Source: a virus (lineage: Duplodnaviria > Caudoviricetes). From it: 52,356 nt of DNA. This document shows, piece by piece, positions 31,901 through 39,499 of this stretch. How positions within the stretch are numbered: the first letter of the stretch is position 1; each line of letters opens with the position of its first letter. Location: positions 1 through 52,356 of the IMG/VR virus record IMGVR_UViG_3300021959_000062, one strand, 5' to 3'. Both the position numbers and the translations under genes were made by a program. The notes below the pieces were generated by a model, which had not been told where the DNA came from, made no database searches, and worked only from the letters and a program-made list of their open reading frames with translations.

Positions 31901-33591
31901 TTGCCATCTAATAGATCTGCATTTAAGCTTATGACTACATTCGTATTTCCATAAAGTTCTAAAGGTGATTCGCTTATTCCTAAATTTGGAGAGATATTAA
32001 CTTTACCCTTAACAGTAATACCATCAGCAAATGTTTTAAGTCCATTGATAGTTTCATCTGTCGTTTTCTTAACATATAAAGTATCAGCAATATTTTTTAA
32101 TAAAATTGTAGATTGATCGCCATCAAGATTTTGTAAGACAAAGACAGATTCTGCACTACCTCCATTTATATCATCTTGATAATCACTATCTCCATCACCA
32201 TCTATATCTGCACCTGAAGCAAATACATTGGTAACAAGTTTTAGCTCATCAGCTGCAGGATAATATGCAATCAAACCTGTTTTATTAGAAAATGCTCCAC
32301 CGTAAACAAAACTAACACCTCTCGGTGTGTCTGGTAATAAATTAGGACTATTAGTAGCAAATAATGGCAAATTATCAAAAACAGAAAGCTGACCATTAAT
32401 CGTCACATCGTTTTGTAAAGTAGTATCACCATAAATAGTTTTTGTTCCAGTATCAGGAACAGGTGTGTATCCTAAAGAATTAACTATATCTGTTTTATCT
32501 GCATACAATACAGTGGTAACTAATCCGTTAGAATCAACGCCTACTTTTGTGTATTGTCCAGGAACTACGGCTGATGGCAGAACCGAAGTATTTATCGTTC
32601 CTGTCAAATTAGAAGCATCACTATAATAAGAGCCCTCTTGATTATCTAGCCTGTCAGCATCTAAAAGAGATCCAGGTCCAGAATTACCAAGATGAAAAGG
32701 AGTATAGCCTAATATAGAGACAATATCTGATTCAGATAGGGACTCACCAGATACTACTCTACCTTTAGAGTCAGTAGTGACTTTAGAATATGTACCTGCG
32801 GTTCCTGTTACACTCAGATTTATGTTATTATCTTCTACAAGAATATCTGATGATGATGGTATATTAATAACTACAGAACCATTAGGAATCTCTAAAGCAC
32901 CACCACCAACTAATCCTGAACCTGCTACAATATCTACGTTCACACCACTAAATACAAAATTACCTGTAGCAATTGGAAAAGATTTTATCTTAGAACCATC
33001 GTAGTATACTAGTTGATTTTGAGTATAGAAATTATTATTAGTACCACCTTTACTAATGGGTACTTGTCCGTCAATTGCTCCCAGGTCTAACTCTGCAACT
33101 CTAGCTATTGTACTATCAATCTTAATTTCATTTGAATTACTAATTTCAAGTCCTTCACCCAACTCAACATTAACAGTAACGTTATTTGTTCCATCTGTTT
33201 TAGATAATCCAGAACCAACTAAAACTCCTGTAACAGCATTAGATGCAACTGTTGCATCATTTATAATATCTTGAATAGAGTGACTTGAAGAAGATAATTT
33301 TTGACCATCAAAGAATATAATATTTCCACTAGAATATGTTGTATTATTTGTTCCACCACTAGATATAGACAGTACTTCAAACTGATTAGCATTCTGGCCT
33401 GCAGCACCCTGATCGCCAGCCTCTCCCTTAATTCCTTGAGGCCCTTGAGATATGTTAACTACTTTTATTTGATTGGTATTTTCATCAGAAATAACAACAC
33501 GAGAAGTGATTATTGTATCATTTTCATCTTGTCTAGAAATTATCAAATATTGATTAGTTTGAAATTGTTGATCTACTGTAACTTTTGTCAT
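19912..33591 (-). CDS. Giant (~4559 aa) fibre/adhesin-like putative virion protein
   Basis: ATG at 33591 overlaps the upstream stop (ATGA). The N-terminal ~800 aa is trimeric-fibre-like (short collagen, ISxGGTNN x2, YxKVxxDSxG x2, LGYTP x2, DADxLD/NADLLD, YadA-like NSVALG repeats). Cadherin/dystroglycan-type Ig motifs follow (LNYESKNIYSVRIKA; LPSWLSFNTSTRVFTGTP), then long beta-rich regions. Confidence 0.85.
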   Translation of the reverse strand: MTKVTVDQQFQTNQYLIISRQDENDTIITSRVVISDENTNQIKVVNISQGPQGIKGEAGDQGAAGQNANQFEVLSISSGGTNNTTYSSGNIIFFDGQKLSSSSHSIQDIINDATVASNAVTGVLVGSGLSKTDGTNNVTVNVELGEGLEISNSNEIKIDSTIARVAELDLGAIDGQVPISKGGTNNNFYTQNQLVYYDGSKIKSFPIATGNFVFSGVNVDIVAGSGLVGGGALEIPNGSVVINIPSSSDILVEDNNINLSVTGTAGTYSKVTTDSKGRVVSGESLSESDIVSILGYTPFHLGNSGPGSLLDADRLDNQEGSYYSDASNLTGTINTSVLPSAVVPGQYTKVGVDSNGLVTTVLYADKTDIVNSLGYTPVPDTGTKTIYGDTTLQNDVTINGQLSVFDNLPLFATNSPNLLPDTPRGVSFVYGGAFSNKTGLIAYYPAADELKLVTNVFASGADIDGDGDSDYQDDINGGSAESVFVLQNLDGDQSTILLKNIADTLYVKKTTDETINGLKTFADGITVKGKVNISPNLGISESPLELYGNTNVVISLNADLLDGKHGTDYRDAAQMTGAFSYDNVTFDHIQGTHNYLSKFNDTVNDPAGRIDSTVIQQDSNNDIVVDSPNNLSMGTGNLLNANRSISIGPNTITSNDSLAVGQGHTVNTNNSVALGNNSTAGGLNSISMGNYGITSLPNQIAVGAFNVNDASGLRLEHGQYTSVNMHLQGTEVGDTWTSLSPTIQIPNNKTLAYQAEVLVTKAFGTGVAHFKLESGVFKNATFRNSNNIVEIINKTTHPQIPKKNELFNNSQIKNHYHTFDHTNEQRTLQDVKVNAPPLQNNDITTQNVKSNYRYTKIHKAASGTYRKTNDGNLILDIHEPLYSGTFFTDDTNRGIKITSKNHGVTTNSFVDLSFKHNSSYSLDDRAYKAYSVIDSNTFFVERPMYTGFLSYYEGSSTIDYAKLIINLDSVGVDDGAAGLEYVSDLLNIATKIYTTGPEGVQIFSNGIKHNENDYDGSASLSIDTIPVPKKLSYPSGLEVTLIPLASNSGSVFVSHKHDISGTFNSASTKFKKTKGIYTRRKTHDGIMSLDIYGTGLNNEIVLPHTPLSYELCTGYKDDDNSIFEVDNINDQFFLKAKDPLNYESKNIYSVRIKAQDRLNNTSKEKNFTITVNDTRAPYRHYSIPDQTIDISETFSYTVPSDLFNEEENEGVLTFDAIQQSGSALPSWLSFNTSTRVFTGTPSGYDLGIYNIRVFANNNFSGIFNDFFLTVTDNAVQIFDAERSNHKDITDIQLLSSNINENSPSGTIVGQISGVGSYDPYFTFSTAQNNFKANLVNGKDLFEVTPIIHEHPTATISGDLSQIPISGLLENSALPDDCRLEAAYTPFTISGTPGLIDGRLHLINAYRDNSQHVFSGLQIFNSATDKLSSFFTVESFNDYSIFVGGREVLTTEKDLLFPEEILTEAGNQILTRDSNIRDVSLFTEENEFFRSEASGSTTEEPLFTLSLGKLTENIFWASGYPGYPDANLLVHDLLSFTSRSRDYSIIIDTTGNLDNFNPSPQSGLKRSNIKYGSDRFNFRNTVQNPVLALYGIGSGDLCTLLSEDNNLITSEDSDDIVSNNENHHGTRIELNDTYEIFQSYHVTKDNGKLKFNTFDNIMQENGDFLVHDYAIAAKSGDACLSFPGSRKGDIVLTYPDAVDMSDSVFNYYYNWGKLIPFTFTNDKFFVKTNKTYSGSNSTKTIRYNQTIPQASNYRISGLKTYTHTIQSGDCPIDVGIAAIKGFASQENNYNAEYATGVVEFYTQAGTGEITINTLRDINLDSRYSNSVNLHTVASNNNSLDLPIATQYSDIEIVDADSIKLKNYFYLPDSGINGNGTFTANFDKKHNYIEEASTIINRLPIEFTNSITTLSGVTTVSGNRPKDYVFDIDSINGNKITVRDDANYLLKEDNRQDYFDQALKGKYITNGIAFSGSFFHNDSRIYDVRYNDTNILNKNFVAFEYDISSKIISFILPSGTVKEYDELIITFPEGYNYSDNVLHSLVTKENFLTSSSLTDLEPNKDSVLLETSTSVDPNAGLEQVRITGMLDNVEFDINGTCFIDYNLPNRLQSGLLLNHSGSLINGYEMSSFVSGFSFTGVIPKNNNVLSTNISTLILDEHIGKSSVFATGSNFFYSGTRLLRQTTSSDIGFSEYYLTDSDSTTNLQPSDLTGVGSSSNPYSYNFENKTSGVKYLEFLYLGQNINDLTIAGRYLSSGSTDRVAPKLKIYKITLETQTQNYRNQLGGLAPPSFSSSVAYQRSDYTVPHDQIYVDTDFHSNGRTSYFNTPANITGIRIETIAGGPGSAFGYGWTYYVGDGQQTWDAGYMNFGGALSTHRGQSHVQYKTTTDSQNPLITSSTHTFSSNAIDITDRFIVSEPQAPRYSEWIQDINVNISNLKRFDIIRIEIDNTENNTTANFNFTTNVDNPVNIKPYILESETILNTGTDYLPYINPNPPDLIYTPVPTLDANDCIDCTTNLPQYIPERNPGYSTLAKHDYHVLPIIRTNNKYCGVTYDKNKQLWFNGNILKINQFDSGKTYLSKDDELEILSWNDTAISSTGVTKFVHKFNPTNENSVISGISIQGSRSIPPKTSGVPHALMFQNAQRFNLNLGFSHNELLNNRGDISLIKSTSGQFNLYDYNNIHYHTYGGTTSNYPLDINGKLVSTPQTGIYTVSHNDKLCESGTLCVRISAYNISAFSGIPDIRDRRTFGELPNNIDVNGVKGRIRPFGVNKKMYFDFKDDFAAISDDYYIEDLIEPNIISINVPYNSNHVGKSGLVYIIDSDQNIKANLNPNLDNDFIVSQGSLSDLNQQDKKIFNYYDRDSKRWKHTIHLKNDQIAYSGYDIELNDTDTKFLSLNPNKIEISGIQYSFDAIDPVFTTLTGTSLTVPSNITEVKFKIITLQGDQNLFNSDTFSTPRVALSGIGYYKTELEEPAHYGWHGNGWTIGVEWQPPAENFSNRDMTIRVSDFTGSTDKLLNISKYLVPEISPAYTGYVVAGTNNWELTFDISNIDVNTLFTQGRIAFDITDTPEPSQVNIKNTDANSVVYSGGGGSTTGTFNPQLVLKDITTSPYTTLASGTGAIVVVPHLSDRPTYDLQLNNLSTTYYLNIEDEDKIKFQIPALLGPVSTEVTNNLNITFNTNSDYNLILSSSLYNSNTKRFEIIATPQNTGNTNYYENSAKFVNQSVSISIKQAVYDEYGAHSYQTYTDSFGFNLVFYKPVQFEKIINPGVIPFTVDNPWTMDFYIASGVTEHDAVNRPNARVFNTPNIGLYQGNPIEYDTTYEYDSTLRKWKVQIISSKDMFGNYVDNTGLYPIDIYIEDDLTSSTSNDSYVIQYNDKKIMKNISADVYGTPNNEFFTKVDSIDLNEQSSNDISFPSSLKEGSISLSSPVRKYDRDLKLWQNSYIGNKMTDKFDVRLNTNGSQLAIECKGIGKDKIIAVAKFDTIEIESNELQGLPLTITGIVGYTGPNGSGQEVRQGEEAWELQFKTIGGLAHANYPPTIRLTDMPTACSGFDPLIDTQMQCLITPPLWNPNDRGGSWSYHFSGLPSCTLVGLKDINIFAVDTNTGLLPASPYLPDTDSVDHRYNYIEGNFTGTPPQIVNSILYENMGVMKPFCGNVLYKKQYDFGPTVPPLCIGPTGIRNYSVSGSLPSGLSYSIYFPEETNFPREPYSNIGSGHILIQGVPTEFANGGAYSEELTLKIEDARGLEAQRTFTFVDTSVPNDPDVGIAVYFKTEDAILSPEGGSGLVKGSSSNWRPPPIEQTIVCNSILPHNRCGVLDVVYSGTLSADTKVYIIEPADDDSANDLSVDDEIYLKIPDVNNDDLNGFYVVQSNDTGKYIDAGLSLTIQTTGTAQVIKGEHKNINLSNFNDFFEGNLVSNVSTCLIGGGKVGTKLTSNGGSSTELGLRGILVPSFKTSITGTIPFANNNIRYSGLKFDRVNSETDIISKASWSDCWQTGNLYISGIIVPPIHAEIVDPPPAQDYFFSFNGARFALATRLAFGDNEVQRLIPDNERNGTLKYSLTNLTSNTIIQSGSVGGGNSFDTETLTTSSGAIYKLFIEHESDDFPTYDHSALPDDNNEYIWVHKGDNLTTIPTQNSFPPITTAGFDSISVTNSLTDLDPNGVVMDPIIGIAYGGYIPDDAGIGQAIPYNHSGTVSVSGTWSTEDFLPKISGVIQKSLMTSPINNVNASYAGDTNQIVIQTTGVIEDNVVSIKLFNGSDLFDSHQLVVGSSNLNSSSRLIYTKDLGTTTRNNLTSDITFKSVVEEVTTTGILVRHNNLSIQSGDLAGIDKNSYVSTELASLDNAGVISVASGSTTHFLLENSNQESDWTDSFASGDFVDVYLNINDNIKIMPYNTTFITEGKYGFQITGRSNVRENEDLVYKICTAENSGQPIFDNATYPHVGITYKKHFQNYPLYVNKPISIVTGTVNKTGNTLTFSTLGGKRPIANYAPDVQLAAGTNDYSYCGFLRNSINPDILIDEYDSVNDRLNISFNLDPQYGIDWSTYSQIKIKISDETGTDEYTYTY

Positions 33592-34019
33592 GTGCAAGTT
33601 CCGCAGTTGTCCTGAACGTCAAATGTTCCAGAAAATGCGTTTGTATCTGGAACATTCCTAGATTGAACAGTAACCGTACCTCCTAAAATTCTAAAGACTT
33701 TTTTGCCACCACCACTATATAAATCATTAGGTTCTTGTAGTTCTAAGTCATAAGCTGCACTTGTAAACGTATAAGCCGCTGTTTGTGAAGCTGGTATCTT
33801 AAGACTTAATTTACCTTCTGCTGGAACTAACACAAATTCATAAGTAGAATTTCTAGTGTCTGTGATAAAAGTAGAAATATTACTTTCGTTATCTTTCCAT
33901 CTAAGTCTAGCGACCCAGTTAGTTAAATCAATAATATTTTCATTATTGTCTTTATACTCAAAACTAATAACAAAAGCAGTACCTTTTTCTATAGTAAAAT
34001 TATAACTTGCTGCTGGCAT
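33588..34019 (-). CDS. Small beta-sandwich adaptor protein (BppU-N-like), paralog 2
   Basis: 143 aa; YNFTIEKGTAF...IIDLTNWVARLRW...AAYDLELQ...RILGGTVTV; clear paralog of 40849-41250. Confidence 0.6.
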   Translation of the reverse strand: MPAASYNFTIEKGTAFVISFEYKDNNENIIDLTNWVARLRWKDNESNISTFITDTRNSTYEFVLVPAEGKLSLKIPASQTAAYTFTSAAYDLELQEPNDLYSGGGKKVFRILGGTVTVQSRNVPDTNAFSGTFDVQDNCGTCT

Positions 34020-34043
34020 AATTATATCCTCTAAATTAAATTG

Positions 34044-34565
34044 TTAAGAATAAAAATCTCTAGATCTGTCTGAACTATCTTGTAAATATCTAGGATCAAA
34101 TTTGTTACCAACAAAAGGACTGAGAATAGCATGAAGGGCCTGTACATTACCAATCTGATGATCTTCTAATAACTTCTTATACATCGCGCAAGGACCCTGG
34201 TTTAAAATTACCTCATAACCTCTCAACCCTCCACCCACAGCAAGCTGTGCGGGTCCCAGGGCAGCTTTAATACCTTCTGTGGCAGCCTTGGTTCTGAGAG
34301 AACTTTGATCTAGAATACAAGCAGCCTTTAGAGAAGTTAGACTAATAAAATCTAAATCTTTATCTTCTGCAAGTACAGGGTCAGGAGTGATGTCAGGATT
34401 GACAATATTAATTGTATAATCTACTGTTAAGTCTACTTCTTTTATTACATATTGAGCTGCTACAACAATTAGCTGTTGAACTCTCTCATCGCTATAAGTA
34501 GGTGTGTCTGAAAGATCATTAATCCACGACCTCACAATTAGAGGTATTTCTACATTCCATGACAT
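34044..34565 (-). CDS. Putative head-tail adaptor/connector
   Basis: 173 aa helical protein; VRSWINDLSDTPTYSDERVQQLI resembles the N-terminus of SPP1 gp15/HK97 gp6-type adaptors. Confidence 0.55.
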   Translation of the reverse strand: MSWNVEIPLIVRSWINDLSDTPTYSDERVQQLIVVAAQYVIKEVDLTVDYTINIVNPDITPDPVLAEDKDLDFISLTSLKAACILDQSSLRTKAATEGIKAALGPAQLAVGGGLRGYEVILNQGPCAMYKKLLEDHQIGNVQALHAILSPFVGNKFDPRYLQDSSDRSRDFYS

Positions 34566-34609
34566 AATTTAGGCCCATTTCTAAAGTGATATTTGCAAAT
34601 ATAGAATTC

Positions 34610-34626
34610 TACTGATTCTATACACC
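34610..34626 (-). promoter_or_regulatory. Putative phage late promoter GGTGTA-N9-TA
   Basis: Intergenic GGTGTAtagaatcagTA upstream of 34565. Confidence 0.55.
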
Positions 34627-34635
34627 TAAGCCTAA

Positions 34636-34944
34636 TTAAGACGATATAATATCCTGTTGTTGACCGAGCTTAGTGACATAAGCTATCAATGAACCCATAG
34701 CTGCTGCTAAGTCAGGGTCTGTAGCTGATTCTTCTAACATATTTTCTATTCTAATCCATTGACCACCATCAGGTTCTAGCTCTGCAACGCCATCAAACAT
34801 ACCATATTTATGTAATTTGACTTCTCCAGATATTTCACCATTAGGATCTGGACCCTTAATAGCAATTTCTTCTACCCATACTCTGTCATATGCTTTTGCA
34901 GGTATAGTGGTTGGTGATGCTGCTGGTAAAACTGGTAAACTCAT
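34636..34944 (-). CDS. Hypothetical protein, possibly a fibre chaperone or tip protein
   Basis: 102 aa; AAGGAG RBS; directly after the 1505 aa fibre. Confidence 0.7.
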   Translation of the reverse strand: MSLPVLPAASPTTIPAKAYDRVWVEEIAIKGPDPNGEISGEVKLHKYGMFDGVAELEPDGGQWIRIENMLEESATDPDLAAAMGSLIAYVTKLGQQQDIISS

Positions 34945-34955
34945 TTTACTCTCCT

Positions 34956-37900
34956 TTATGGTATCAGTTCATTATTTGTATTAGAAAATATATTAGCTTC
35001 TCTATAGGCTGATGTTTCATTTAATCCACCAACTTCTAGTAGATCAACTTTAGCTACCCAGTGAACATTAGTAGATGCTGCTCCTTTACATTGTACGAGC
35101 AAGAAATCTGTTTGACCAGAACCAGCTCCAGCAAATGCCAATTGAGCATCCCAGGCACTATTAGATTCAGCTATCACAGTTTTTGTAACCGAACCAACTA
35201 CAGCCGTACCATATGCATCATTGTGTAAACAGGCTTTGAGTTGATATGCTGCATGTTGTCTTCCTGCTGCTGTATTTCCAGTATTTGTTCTACGTCCTAC
35301 AATATTTACGTCAGCAAAAAATGTTTTATTAGAAGGTAATCTAACTCCACTATACATACCATTATTCATTTCGAGGCTAGTAAAAGTAGCATTAGTGGTT
35401 TCACCTGTTAATAAATTCATGCTGTTTTGAGCATTTCCAGGAAACTCACCCCAAGCTGCTTCTGTGGAATGTACAATTGTACCACTTTGATGTAGTAATC
35501 CACTGACTCCTACGTTCAGTCCTGTAGTAGCTGTGATACCTTTTGTACTTACTGTGTCAGATAAATCAATATTAATTTCAGTATTAGGAGTTTCTGTAAC
35601 AGCAAAATTAGAAGCAAGATCTAAAGTAACAATATCTGCTCCACCAACTTGAGTGCCATTAGCTTTAACGGTTGTCATACTACCACCGCCGCCACCAGCA
35701 TTTGCGTCAACATAAGCTTTAATAGATTGCTGTGTAGCTAAGTGTGTAGCACTATCGGAAGCCATATTATCTTCATCTTTTACAGGAACAACAAAATCAA
35801 GTGTTCCATCTCCATCTTCATAAGTAACAGTAATAAAAGTTTCAGTATTTCCTGTAACCATACCTCCAACAAAATCTTCAACTTGTTCTTCAGTAAGACT
35901 ACTTCCACTTCCACCATCAGCAGCCCAGGAGACAGCACCATTACCATCAGTTTTTAAGATCTGATTTGCAGAACCATCTGCTGTAGGGAAAGTGAATGCA
36001 CCATTGATATTTAGTTTGCCAATTTGCACAGTGTCTTCACTACCATCAACAAACAACAAGTCAATATCTGTGTCACCTTCAACTCTAAAATCAACAGCTG
36101 CTCCACCTTCATTAAATACAGCCGCTCCTCTAACATCTAATGTTCCACCAAAGTAATTCTTGGCATCGGTAGAAACTTGATAAACACCATATTCATTGGT
36201 TACAGTTGTGTTTCCTCCACCAGCATCACTTAAATATAAGCCGTAATGATTTGTAACAGTATTATTCGTTCCTTGTAAAGAAGGAATAGTCTTAATGTCA
36301 AATGCATTTGTGACAGTAACATTAGAAGCAGCACTATTAATAGACATGTTTGCTCTAACGGCTGTTAACTCAGCTAAGGTATTCGTACCATCTGGAGAAT
36401 AAATAACAGGAACAGCATTAACTCCTATGGCATATCCACCATCAGTAGTTGATGCACTTAAATATTTTTCTGCTCTACTATTAAGCCCTATATGAAAATA
36501 TGATCCATCAGTAGTAGAATAGGCCCTACCTAGAACGTTAATGGTTCTAGAATATGTACTATTTGTTTTGTTTGCCTCATAAACATGTAGTTTAGAATTA
36601 ATGCTTCCGTCGGTGCTGTTCCCAATTAGCACAGAGTCTTTACTTGCGTCTAAAAATAGTAGATTTGCATCAGTATCACCCTCTACTCTAAAATCAATAT
36701 TAGCTCCACCTTCGTTAAATACTGTGACAGAATTTCCAATTACAGCTTGATTGGTGGAAGCGTTTATAGTAACATTTTGATCAAAAGTAGTAGCAGAAGC
36801 TCCGAATGTTGCTTTAGTGGAATTGTCTACCGAAATTTGAAGAGAAGAAGTGCCAACAGCATCACCTTCATCAACAGCTATAACACTAGCGGTATTACCA
36901 TTATAAAATCTAGTTTTTAGTGCAGAACTTGTGTCTTCTATGGTAATGTGTCCACCGTCTGAATATTCACCTTTAACATGAAGTATGCCTGCTGGACTAT
37001 TAGTCCCAATACCTACTTTATCTGCACTTCCATCTACAAAAAGAAGGTTCTGATTAGTATCTCCTTCTACTCTAAAATCAACAGAAGCCCCAGCTTCATT
37101 AAAGATAAAATCCCCATCATTATTTATTATAGCTCTTTCACTACCAGCTGTAATAAATCTCATATTAATGGCACCACTAGTACCAATGTTAAAACTAGAA
37201 GTAGAGACTCCAAAACCAGCATAACCACCAGATTCGTCATAAGCTCGTAAATATCCTAAAGATGCTACATTTCCATCTAATGCTTTATCAGGATACTCCC
37301 AACGAAGCAAATCTGTTAAAGCACCAATCTTAGCAGAAGTAACTCCATCGTCTTTAATTCTTAAGGTATCACTATTAATTTCTATAGTACTATCATCAAC
37401 GCTAACAGCAAATGTTCTATTGGCACTAATATCCCCACCACCAGTAAGGCCATCACCAGCAGTTAAAGTAACACTTGTATGATCTATATGTTCATTGGCT
37501 ACAAAATTATTGGCTGCATCATGATCTACTACAAACTCTAAATTACCATTAGTATCATCATAAGTAACAGAAATGCCTGTTTCTGTGTCATCAACCATTC
37601 CTCCTACTATATCTTGAACTTGTTCAGTTGTTAGTGCAGGAACGATGGTTGCATCTACGTAAGCCTTTACTGATTGTTGAGTAGGAACCTTAGTATCTGA
37701 ATCAGAGGACATATTATCTTCATCTACAACAAAACTCATTCCAGCGGTAGTGCTATCACTGTTCATTACAGCACCAGCAGCATTAACATTAGTTGCATCA
37801 GTTACATCTGCTGAAGCCTCAATAGCGTCTAACTTAGTTTTATCTCCGTTAGCAAACGCACCTTCTGATGGCTTGACTTGTAAGGTAGAAATAGTAACGC

Positions 37901-39473
37901 CTTTAACACCTGCAAGGTCAGTTAATTCACTGTCCATCAACGCACCGGCGCTAGTAACGTTTGCAGTATCGGTCACATCCGCGCTACTCTCTACTGAATC
38001 TAATTTAGTTTCCTGAGCATCTGTCATAAATCTTTTATTAGATGCATCTGTCATATTTGTAGTGACGAGATTAGGCGAAGCTCCAGCTATTACTGATTGG
38101 TCTAGTGCTTTAACATCAGTAATACTTGCTAATTCGCTATCCATTAATGCACCAGCAGCGGTGACATTAGCAGCGTCTGTGACATCTGCACTTGCCTCGA
38201 TACCATCAAGCTTAGTTTTATCTCCATTAGCAAAAGCTCCCTCAGACGGGGGCTGTTGAGCACTATCAGCTTTTGTTCCTTGTGCTGCTGTTGCATAATC
38301 TGAGGAATCAAATGCCTTAACTTCAGACAGATTTGTTACCTCTGAATCCATTAACGCACCGGCCGAGGTTACATTAGCTGTATCTGTTACGTCTGCAGAA
38401 GCCTCAATTGCATCTAGCTTTGTCTTGTCTCCATCGGCAAAAGCACCCTCTGAAGGTTTAACTTGCAATGTAGAAATTGTAACACCTTTAACGCCTGCCA
38501 GATCTGTCAATTCGCTATCCATTAAAGCACCAGCAGAGGTGACATTAGCTGTGTCAGTAACGTCAGCAGATGCTTCGATGCCATCTAGCTTAGTCTTGTC
38601 ACCATTGGCAAAAGCTCCTTCTGACGGTGGCTGTTGTGCGCTATCGGCCTTAGTTCCTTGAGCAGCTGTAGCATAATCTGAGGAGTCAAATGCCTTGACC
38701 TGCGACAAGTTTGTAACTTCTGAGTCCATTAATGCCCCAGCTGAAGTCACATTGGCCGTGTCTGTAACATCTGCAGAGGCTTCAATGCCGTCTAATTTGC
38801 TATGATCTGCCGTTGTAAAGTTTTCATCTGTTTGACTAGCTACTACAAAGTCTATGGTTCCATCATCATCTTGATATGTAACAGTAATCCCTGTCTCTGT
38901 ATTTCCTGTAACCATGCCGCCAACGAAGTCTTCTACTTGTTCTTCTGTCAGTTGTGTATCTGTAGTAGAATATGTGCTAGTATCAACACTCCCATCAGCT
39001 TTTAAGAACTGACTAGAAGTCCCAGCGGTTTTAACAAAACTATTGGCCTCAACTTTTGCACTAAAATGACCTGAGCCAGTTATGTCTATGTGGCCAGTAC
39101 CTGTAAGATTTTTAGAATTAAGATCCAAATTACCACCTAGTTGTGGTGTTGTATCTTCTACTACGCTGCCAATACCTCCACCACCACCCTCACTTGCAGT
39201 AGCGACTGTTATAGCAGTAACATGTCCGTTACTGTCAAGAGTAATATCTTGTATAAAAGTATTACCACTATTATCAGAAGAACTTGCAGCACTAATAGTA
39301 GGATGATCTGTATTATTAACAGCAGCTAAAGAATTCCAAGCTGTAGTTCCATCTCCTATTTTTAAAATATTATTAGTAGTATCAAATCCTGGTTCACCCT
39401 GAGCAAGAGTTGGATTACTACTCCAATCAGATGCAGTCCCTCTTCTAAGTTTAATTAAATTATTTACAGCCAT
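34956..39473 (-). CDS. Long fibre protein with N-terminal Mtd_N-like domain and modular repeats
   Basis: 1505 aa; IKLRRGTASDW...GEPGFDTTNNILKIGDGTTAWNSL; six KLDxxExSADVTD units; three DFRVEGDT units; three EQVxDxVGGMV units; two DEDNMxSDS...TQQSxKAYVDA units. Confidence 0.88.
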   Translation of the reverse strand: MAVNNLIKLRRGTASDWSSNPTLAQGEPGFDTTNNILKIGDGTTAWNSLAAVNNTDHPTISAASSSDNSGNTFIQDITLDSNGHVTAITVATASEGGGGGIGSVVEDTTPQLGGNLDLNSKNLTGTGHIDITGSGHFSAKVEANSFVKTAGTSSQFLKADGSVDTSTYSTTDTQLTEEQVEDFVGGMVTGNTETGITVTYQDDDGTIDFVVASQTDENFTTADHSKLDGIEASADVTDTANVTSAGALMDSEVTNLSQVKAFDSSDYATAAQGTKADSAQQPPSEGAFANGDKTKLDGIEASADVTDTANVTSAGALMDSELTDLAGVKGVTISTLQVKPSEGAFADGDKTKLDAIEASADVTDTANVTSAGALMDSEVTNLSEVKAFDSSDYATAAQGTKADSAQQPPSEGAFANGDKTKLDGIEASADVTDAANVTAAGALMDSELASITDVKALDQSVIAGASPNLVTTNMTDASNKRFMTDAQETKLDSVESSADVTDTANVTSAGALMDSELTDLAGVKGVTISTLQVKPSEGAFANGDKTKLDAIEASADVTDATNVNAAGAVMNSDSTTAGMSFVVDEDNMSSDSDTKVPTQQSVKAYVDATIVPALTTEQVQDIVGGMVDDTETGISVTYDDTNGNLEFVVDHDAANNFVANEHIDHTSVTLTAGDGLTGGGDISANRTFAVSVDDSTIEINSDTLRIKDDGVTSAKIGALTDLLRWEYPDKALDGNVASLGYLRAYDESGGYAGFGVSTSSFNIGTSGAINMRFITAGSERAIINNDGDFIFNEAGASVDFRVEGDTNQNLLFVDGSADKVGIGTNSPAGILHVKGEYSDGGHITIEDTSSALKTRFYNGNTASVIAVDEGDAVGTSSLQISVDNSTKATFGASATTFDQNVTINASTNQAVIGNSVTVFNEGGANIDFRVEGDTDANLLFLDASKDSVLIGNSTDGSINSKLHVYEANKTNSTYSRTINVLGRAYSTTDGSYFHIGLNSRAEKYLSASTTDGGYAIGVNAVPVIYSPDGTNTLAELTAVRANMSINSAASNVTVTNAFDIKTIPSLQGTNNTVTNHYGLYLSDAGGGNTTVTNEYGVYQVSTDAKNYFGGTLDVRGAAVFNEGGAAVDFRVEGDTDIDLLFVDGSEDTVQIGKLNINGAFTFPTADGSANQILKTDGNGAVSWAADGGSGSSLTEEQVEDFVGGMVTGNTETFITVTYEDGDGTLDFVVPVKDEDNMASDSATHLATQQSIKAYVDANAGGGGGSMTTVKANGTQVGGADIVTLDLASNFAVTETPNTEINIDLSDTVSTKGITATTGLNVGVSGLLHQSGTIVHSTEAAWGEFPGNAQNSMNLLTGETTNATFTSLEMNNGMYSGVRLPSNKTFFADVNIVGRRTNTGNTAAGRQHAAYQLKACLHNDAYGTAVVGSVTKTVIAESNSAWDAQLAFAGAGSGQTDFLLVQCKGAASTNVHWVAKVDLLEVGGLNETSAYREANIFSNTNNELIP
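37755..38810 (-). repeat. Six-copy intragenic repeat array with alternating linkers
   Basis: Core KLDGIEASADVTDTANVTSAGALMDSE; linkers in order A,B,A,C,B. Confidence 0.92.
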
Positions 39474-39499
39474 GTTTTATTATATCCTATAAATTTATA

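Noticed and set aside
37755-38810. CRISPR array or non-coding repeat
   Set aside because: The repeats are in-frame, conserved at protein rather than DNA level, and their linkers recur.
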